64,000 nucleotides of DNA from Amoebidium appalachense (lineage: Eukaryota > Protista > Ichthyosporea): contig CAVNZM010000012.1 of assembly GCA_963693365.1 (NCBI GenBank), forward strand, positions 7,816,001 through 7,880,000, given 5' to 3'. The stretch's first letter is position 1, and each line of letters opens with the position of its first letter. Shown here piece after piece: positions 62,213-64,000 of the stretch. Made by a program: the position numbers and the translations under genes. The notes below the pieces were generated by a model. That model saw nothing but the letters and a program-made list of their open reading frames with translations. It was not told the DNA's origin and did no database searches.

Positions 62213-63326
62213 ACACCGACCCAAACTCAAGACCTTCGCAACGCCAGTTAAGTTACAAAAAATAAACAGGCGTGGGCTGCCGGCCAATGCGTGAAGAGTA
62301 GTTAGCTTGGCGGCATCCTGCGACACAACACATGCATGCACACACACCCCTACTGCCGGGGGGGGGGGGGGGGGGGGGGGGGGGCAGACCAGGTCCAACG
62401 GTAAATTTGAACCTGATCTGCCCCCCCCCCCCCCCCCCCCCCCCCCTCCTCCGGGTAAATTTGAATTTGATCTGGCCCCCTCTCCCCGGCCTCCCCTCCC
62501 TTCACGTGATCAGGCGGTAGAGCTACGTGCTTGACAATGTCCAGCTCGACGTTTAGCTTCGTGTTCTTGGTGTCTACGTGACCGGCAGGGGCTTGTACAG
62601 TTTTTTTAAAACACTTAATGTAACTTGGGCTGATTCTACGTGTCACCGTGTTGATAACTTCGTGTTCTTGGTGTCTACGGGTGTGCCTGTGCGATTGTTT
62701 TCTAGACGATTGCACACAAGAAACAAAACTTCGTGCACGTTAACGATATATTCACGGTGTCTGCGTGACCTCATGAGGTTGTCAATACAGTTTTTGTTTT
62801 TTTTCCCTTTCTTTCATGTTTTTCTTCTCCCTGCTCCCGAGTCTTAATGACCCTTTGTTGTTTCAGTGATGCATAACACGTTACAGTAGGCATCCTCAGG
62901 CGAAAAAACGACAGCTGGTGCCAAGTTTCAGGCTAAGGTATTTTTTTCTTTTTGTCTCCCTTTTTTTTTTTTTTTTTTTTTCCCCAAAAAAAAAATTCCC
63001 TTTCAGTGGGACATTCAGAGTCTGCAATAAAACGACAGCTGATGCCAAGATTCAAGATCTAGACTAGAAGGTAAAGATACATGGCAAACTAGGCCTGTCA
63101 AACCAAACAAAACTGGTATTTGCAAATTTATAAGAAGATAACACCACAACATCGGTCAGGTCATTTTTAAAACCTTGCACTCTATGAACTCATTATCAAC
63201 GTGTTTTTAGAATTTTTTAAGCCTTTTGAACGACGAAACAAATTTGTTACAGTACATGTCACATTCATTTCGGCAACTGCAGGTAAAAAAGTAGAAGAAC
63301 TTCGAATCACGTTCACGAATGAAAAT

Positions 63327-63812
63327 ATGGACAGATTTGAGCTTTCTCGCTTTTTGCCCGGTTGCAGCACAGCAGCCAAGGACTACCAATGTTTCATCTG
63401 CACAGAGGTGCACAGCAAGGAGACACGCTGCATGGCGCGAGACTGTCACAGTGCGTGTGTGTTCTGCCGGCCCTGCATCGAAAGCTGGCTGGAACGTGAT
63501 CAAATTTGCCCCAACGACAGAGGAAAACTCGTTAAAGATGACTTGGTGGAGTTTGGCAAGCTTTCTGCCCGCACACATAGCAACCTAGAGCTGAGTTGCA
63601 GTAACATGAAGTGGGGGTGTGGGGACACGTGCACCATAGCACCATAGCAGAGCACGCGGCACGCTGCCCCTTTGAGCCGGTCAAGTGTGCAAACGAGAGG
63701 TGTGGGGTGGAGGTGGCACGGGGGGAGCTGCAGGCGCACACAGAGGCTTGCCCCTATCACGTGCTGACGTGTGAGCACTGCAGCAAGAAAGTGCAACGAA
63801 ACGTCAACAAAG
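63327..63812 (+). CDS. RING plus TRAF-type zinc-finger E3 ligase (NRDP1/PDZRN3/RNF151-like), 5' exon with an apparent 1-nt frameshift near 63640
   Basis: MDRFELSRF..CFIC..CVFCRPCIESWL..CPNDR..LELSCSNMKWGC, then in a shifted frame TIAEHAARCPFEPVKCANERC..LQAHTEACPYHVLTCEHC; donor gtatgc at 63813. Confidence 0.8.
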
Positions 63813-64000
63813 GTATGCATATCATGTGAGGGCGATGCTCACCTAGATTTCGCATGTCACGTAAGTTAGTGGTTTGGTAGACTGTGGTGTGTGTTTGTGT
63901 CGCTGTGATATTGTTCCACGTGTGTACCACGTGTGCGTGCGTGCGTGCGTGTGTATGTACAGTGTCACAGTGTGTATGTTTGTGTGCATCCGTGCGTGCG

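Overview
Eukaryotic, intron-rich genomic DNA saturated with C/G homopolymers and (CA)/(TG)/(CT) microsatellites, so almost all ORF-track entries are artefacts. Gene content suggests a non-animal holozoan or similar protist (inference only). Manual splice-phase reconstruction gives: (1) the 5' 29 exons of a PIKfyve/Fab1 gene (FYVE, DEP, CCT-like; minus strand, runs off the window start); (2) a 3-exon APC/ACT-family amino-acid permease; (3) a 9-exon PB1-[helical domain]-LIR-UBA p62/NBR1-like gene; (4) a possible small secreted basic protein; (5) a divergently oriented paralog of gene 3 that keeps PB1 and the helical domain but shows no UBA; (6) a single-finger GATA factor divergent from a stand-alone DUF4476 gene; (7) a frameshifted RING/TRAF-zinc-finger exon. 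Main novelties: the PB1 paralog pair sharing an unrecognised ~70-aa domain, a poly(C)-tailed structured dispersed repeat, a C-run/(CA)n splice-site grammar, repeated duplication of splice junctions, and two MITEs, one being a 46-bp perfect palindrome with an 8-bp TSD.
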